In this document: in pieces, positions 61,113 through 64,000 of the stretch
Layout: the number at the start of each line of letters is the position of its first letter
Numbering within the stretch: position 1 is the first letter of the stretch
Source: Podarcis erhardii
Taxonomy: Eukaryota
Assembly (NCBI GenBank): GCA_964252035.1
Contig: OZ176205.1
Strand: one strand, 5' to 3'
Length of the DNA: 64,000 nt
Notes under the pieces: model-generated
Database searches by the model: none
Told to the model about the DNA's origin: nothing
The model's input: the letters and a program-made list of their open reading frames with translations, nothing else
Translations under genes and position numbers: made by a program

Positions 61113-61245
61113 TAAGGTTACCAGATGTCCCCATTTCCCGGGGACAGTCCCCGGATTTACTAATCAGTCCCCTGACAAAATCCATCTATTTAGTAGGAAG
61201 TTGAAAAGTGTGCCCGGATTCACTGCGAAAAATCTGGTAACCTTA
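61113..61245. mobile_element. hAT-like non-autonomous element, 133 bp
   Basis: Perfect 14-bp TIR TAAGGTTACCAGAT / ATCTGGTAACCTTA; flanks ACCTAAAT / AGCTAAAA (6 of 8 identical). Confidence 0.7.
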
Positions 61246-61336
61246 AGCTAAAATGATTAAAGTTGGAAGGATGTACCCCTCTGTCACTCCATAGGGTGGA
61301 GCTCTGTGGAAGATCCTGAATAGAATAGTGTGTGTC

Positions 61337-61400
61337 TTGTGGCACCTTAAAGACCAACAAATATATTACAGCATAAGTTTTTGTGGAACAGACTCCATGA
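61337..61400 (-). mobile_element. Penelope-like terminal-repeat fragment
   Basis: TTGTGGCACCTTAAAGACCAAC...GCATAAGTTTTTGTGG shares its core with the 16.3 kb and 11.65 kb remnants. Confidence 0.5.
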
Positions 61401-62018
61401 AATCCTAGAGATCCTCGTTTGCCAATCACTGTTCTACAGAGCAGTAAATGAATTTGGAAGCGTTCCATCTTCCCATCAGTATTATTTTAGCAGCTCCGTC
61501 TATCTACTGCAAAGCAGTGCAACTCCCCAAGTCTTCTCTTGGGGATTTTGTTTAATGCAAACAAACTTCCCCCTGCAGTTTTTGTTTGTCCGCAATTGGA
61601 AACAGAGCAACAGAGACACCTAGCCAGATAGGTGGGCTTTGGGATCTTGGTTTCTAAACCACTGAGCAATGTCAATACAAGCTTCAAAATACTTGCTGCA
61701 GGCTTACTGCATTTAAGATTTGAGATGGGGAAGGAAATGCACCTTGACACACAGATTTTCACAGCCTTGGGGGCAGGAAGAGCCCATCTTGTTACAAATG
61801 AACTATATCGCTACTGTCAAGACAATTAGACAAAGAACTAAGACAAGGAGGACCAAGATGACAATGGAGGATATCTTAATTAGCAGCCTAACTGCCCAGA
61901 AACTTGAGTGTTGGCATCATCAGGAGGCCATGCTGTAATGTGCATATGCCAATCAATCCACTAAAAATGAAAGTGACCTAGGATTCTTAAAGACCTGAGT
62001 TCCGCTCCCTGGTCCTTA

Positions 62019-62145
62019 GTCATGACCCAGGAAAAACTGTCTGCGGACAAACATCAGCTCCCTCAGCCAGTAAAGTGAGATGAGTGCCGCAACCGGAGCC
62101 AATCGCGACTGGACTTAACTGTCAGGGGTCTTTTACCTTTACCTT
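62019..62145 (+). mobile_element. Sauria SINE 3' fragment
   Basis: GCTCCCTCAGCCAGTAAAGTGAGATGAGTGCCGCAACC...CAGGGGTCTTTTACCTTTACCTT matches the 3' part of the 56.9 kb copy. Confidence 0.8.
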
Positions 62146-62178
62146 TTTAAGTCAAACCTTGGTCCATCTAGGTACACT

Positions 62179-62360
62179 GGGCAAAGCATCTGCCTTGCTT
62201 GCAGGAAGTCCTGGATATAATCCCTGGCATTTCCTGGTAGGGCTGGGTAGAGAAATCCCAGCCTGAAATTCTGGGGATGCTGTGCCAGTCAGTGTAGACA
62301 ATACAGAATTGGCTGGACCAAAGATCTGGCTAAATATCAGGCAGCCTCCTATGCTCCTAT
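62179..62360 (+). mobile_element. tRNA-derived squamate SINE (different family), followed by an antisense fragment to ~62450
   Basis: AGCATCTGCCTTGCTTGCAGGAAGTCC...GCCAGTCAGTGTAGACAATAC...GGCAGCCTCCTATG; recognised from memory. Confidence 0.6.
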
Positions 62361-62519
62361 ACACTTGGCAGCAGCTCTCCAAGGTTTTAAAAAGGAGACC
62401 TTCCTGGCCCTTACTTGAAGATGCCAGGTGCTGAACCTAGAAGCTTTATATGAAAAACAAACAAACCTGGGACGATAGCCCTTCCTCACAACTGTAGCCA
62501 TGTAACAACTTCAGCTTCC

Positions 62520-63085
62520 ATCTATGAAACAGCAGTGAGTGACCTGCTTAGTAAGGTTGCTATGGGGCTGCCTCTGAGGCTGGTCTGGGAGCTTCAGCTG
62601 GTGCAGAACTCAGTGGCATGTCTGTGGTGTGAGACAGCCTCTAAGGCAGTGTTTCCCAACCTTGGGCCTCCAGCTGTTTTTGAACTACAACTCCCATCAT
62701 CCCTGACTAGCAAGACCAGTGGCAAGGGATGATGGGAATTGTAGTCCAAAAACAGCTGGAGGCACAAGGTTGGGAAACACTGCTAAGGAACGAATTAGAC
62801 CTGCACTGAAAGAATTACACTCAGGGCTGGTCAGTTTGGCCCCCACCAAGGATGCAGCCCCCCTCCTTCTCTAACAGGCAAGCACCAGTTAAAAACCCTC
62901 CTGTGCACCCATGCCTTTAGATGAGTTATTATGGATAATTTTCTGCGATGAATTCCTGCCCCCCGCCCCCCACTTTTATTGCTGTTTCTTTCCTTTTGTT
63001 TTGGTTTTATTGTCAACCTGTTCTGGAATGCTGTTTTGGTTTTGAAGTGTGGGCTATATATACTATTTCAAATAAGCAAAATTAT
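62520..63085 (+). mobile_element. L2-type LINE 3' fragment interrupted by a hAT MITE
   Basis: Residual frame GLPLRLVWELQLVQNSVACL resembles the L2 ORF2 motif GLP..KLQLVQNAAARL; ends approximate. Confidence 0.65.
62647..62782. mobile_element. hAT-type palindromic MITE
   Basis: TIR CAGTGTTTCCCAACCTTG / CAAGGTTGGGAAACACTG; flanks CTCTAAGG / CTAAGG; same interior as the 36914 copy. Confidence 0.88.
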
Positions 63086-63204
63086 AAAATGTGCTACTTA
63101 CAAATGGTTAGACTGCCTACCAGTCTCTTATATGTCTAGCTGCTGAACTGTAAAACATTTGGAGATGTTCTCAAACAGTCATACTCAGAGCAGACCAGTT
63201 GATA

Positions 63205-63206
<2 letters not shown>

Positions 63207-63246
<40 letters not shown>
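63207..63246 (+). repeat. (TG)20 microsatellite
   Basis: Direct read. Confidence 0.97.
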
Positions 63247-63250
<4 letters not shown>

Positions 63251-64000
63251 ACAAATGACATGAGAAAACTTGGTATAGTTGTTTGTATAACATTATTCTT
63301 GTTTATAAAACCCAATAGAAAAAAGAGTAGACCAGTTGAAATAAATTGCATATGAATTTTGCAGATGGACATCCCATTCCATCCATAACCCTGCATGTGT
63401 TAGAATATATTCCTTCCCAGTCAGGACCTTTGGCTGGCAGGAGTCTTAATTCAGTAACTGATAGCAACTGGGCATATGAAGACCCTACCCTGTTCCCCTG
63501 GTGGTTCTGGTAGGGAGGGAGGGAGGAACAGGTACTCTGATCAGCAGTAGAAAGAGGTAACCTTAAAAGTCCTGAACAGCAGAAACAGTAGTTATAAACC
63601 ATATTTTTCATCCCATCCAATCTTGAGAAAACTGGAGGGTTCATACCATGCCCAAATCTATAAATATGTTCCCATCTGAACAGAGTCTATTCCCTCCCCT
63701 TGCACCTTGACTTCTGCATTTCCATGAGGGGAGGAAACTGGGAGCAATGAAGCAGACAAAGAAACTGAAAGTGGCGGTGAAAATCTGGGCAAACAGAGGT
63801 AAAAACTCACTACTCACTATGTGTGCTGATCATGCCAAAGAAGCAATAGTTGTCTGCGACCATCAGGTCCACTCTGTGCTACCCAAGAGAGTTCACCTGA
63901 GTGAGCCTTGGTCTGCATAGGAATGCAGTGGAAGGAAACATCAGCAATCCACTGTCTAGGTTTTAGACAACTATGTTTTATTCAGGGTAGGCCCATTGAA

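Noticed and set aside
47000-64000. Additional protein-coding gene (e.g. FOXE3/FOXD2) downstream of CMPK1
   Set aside because: No forkhead or other recognisable ORF; the short ORFs map to repeats or look random.
1-64000. CRISPR array, prokaryotic defence system or intact active ribozyme
   Set aside because: No regularly spaced repeat-spacer array and the DNA is clearly spliced vertebrate sequence. All hammerhead-like motifs I found lack either CUGANGA or GAAA.

Overview
Vertebrate genomic DNA from a squamate reptile, most likely a lacertid lizard (inferred from a near full-length Sauria SINE). The window holds the conserved TAL1(SCL)-STIL-CMPK1 syntenic block. (1) TAL1, minus strand: first coding exon (595-1202) and a recognisable promoter-1a GATA cassette near 9.7 kb; the bHLH exons lie beyond the left edge. 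(2) STIL, minus strand: complete, with 16 coding exons (31513 to 15279) whose phases I checked junction by junction, giving 3957 nt = 1318 aa. (3) CMPK1, plus strand, head-to-head with STIL: complete, 6 exons, 196 aa or 236 aa with an upstream in-frame ATG. The last ~17 kb has no supportable gene, is rich in transposon remnants and contains one assembly gap. I see no prokaryotic-type system and no new protein-coding gene. The most unusual object is a perfect, spacer-less 184-bp palindrome in the last STIL intron. It is flanked by a 14-bp target-site duplication and folds exactly at stem II of a Penelope-type hammerhead ribozyme whose CUGANGA half is missing. Other second-look items are a presequence-like N-terminal extension of CMPK1, a Rex1/Babar-like LINE end nested in a Tc1/mariner MITE, GGAA and GATA microsatellites inside TAL1, and SINEs that share a tail but carry different tRNA heads. 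Gene identities rest on remembered human orthologues; no database search was run.
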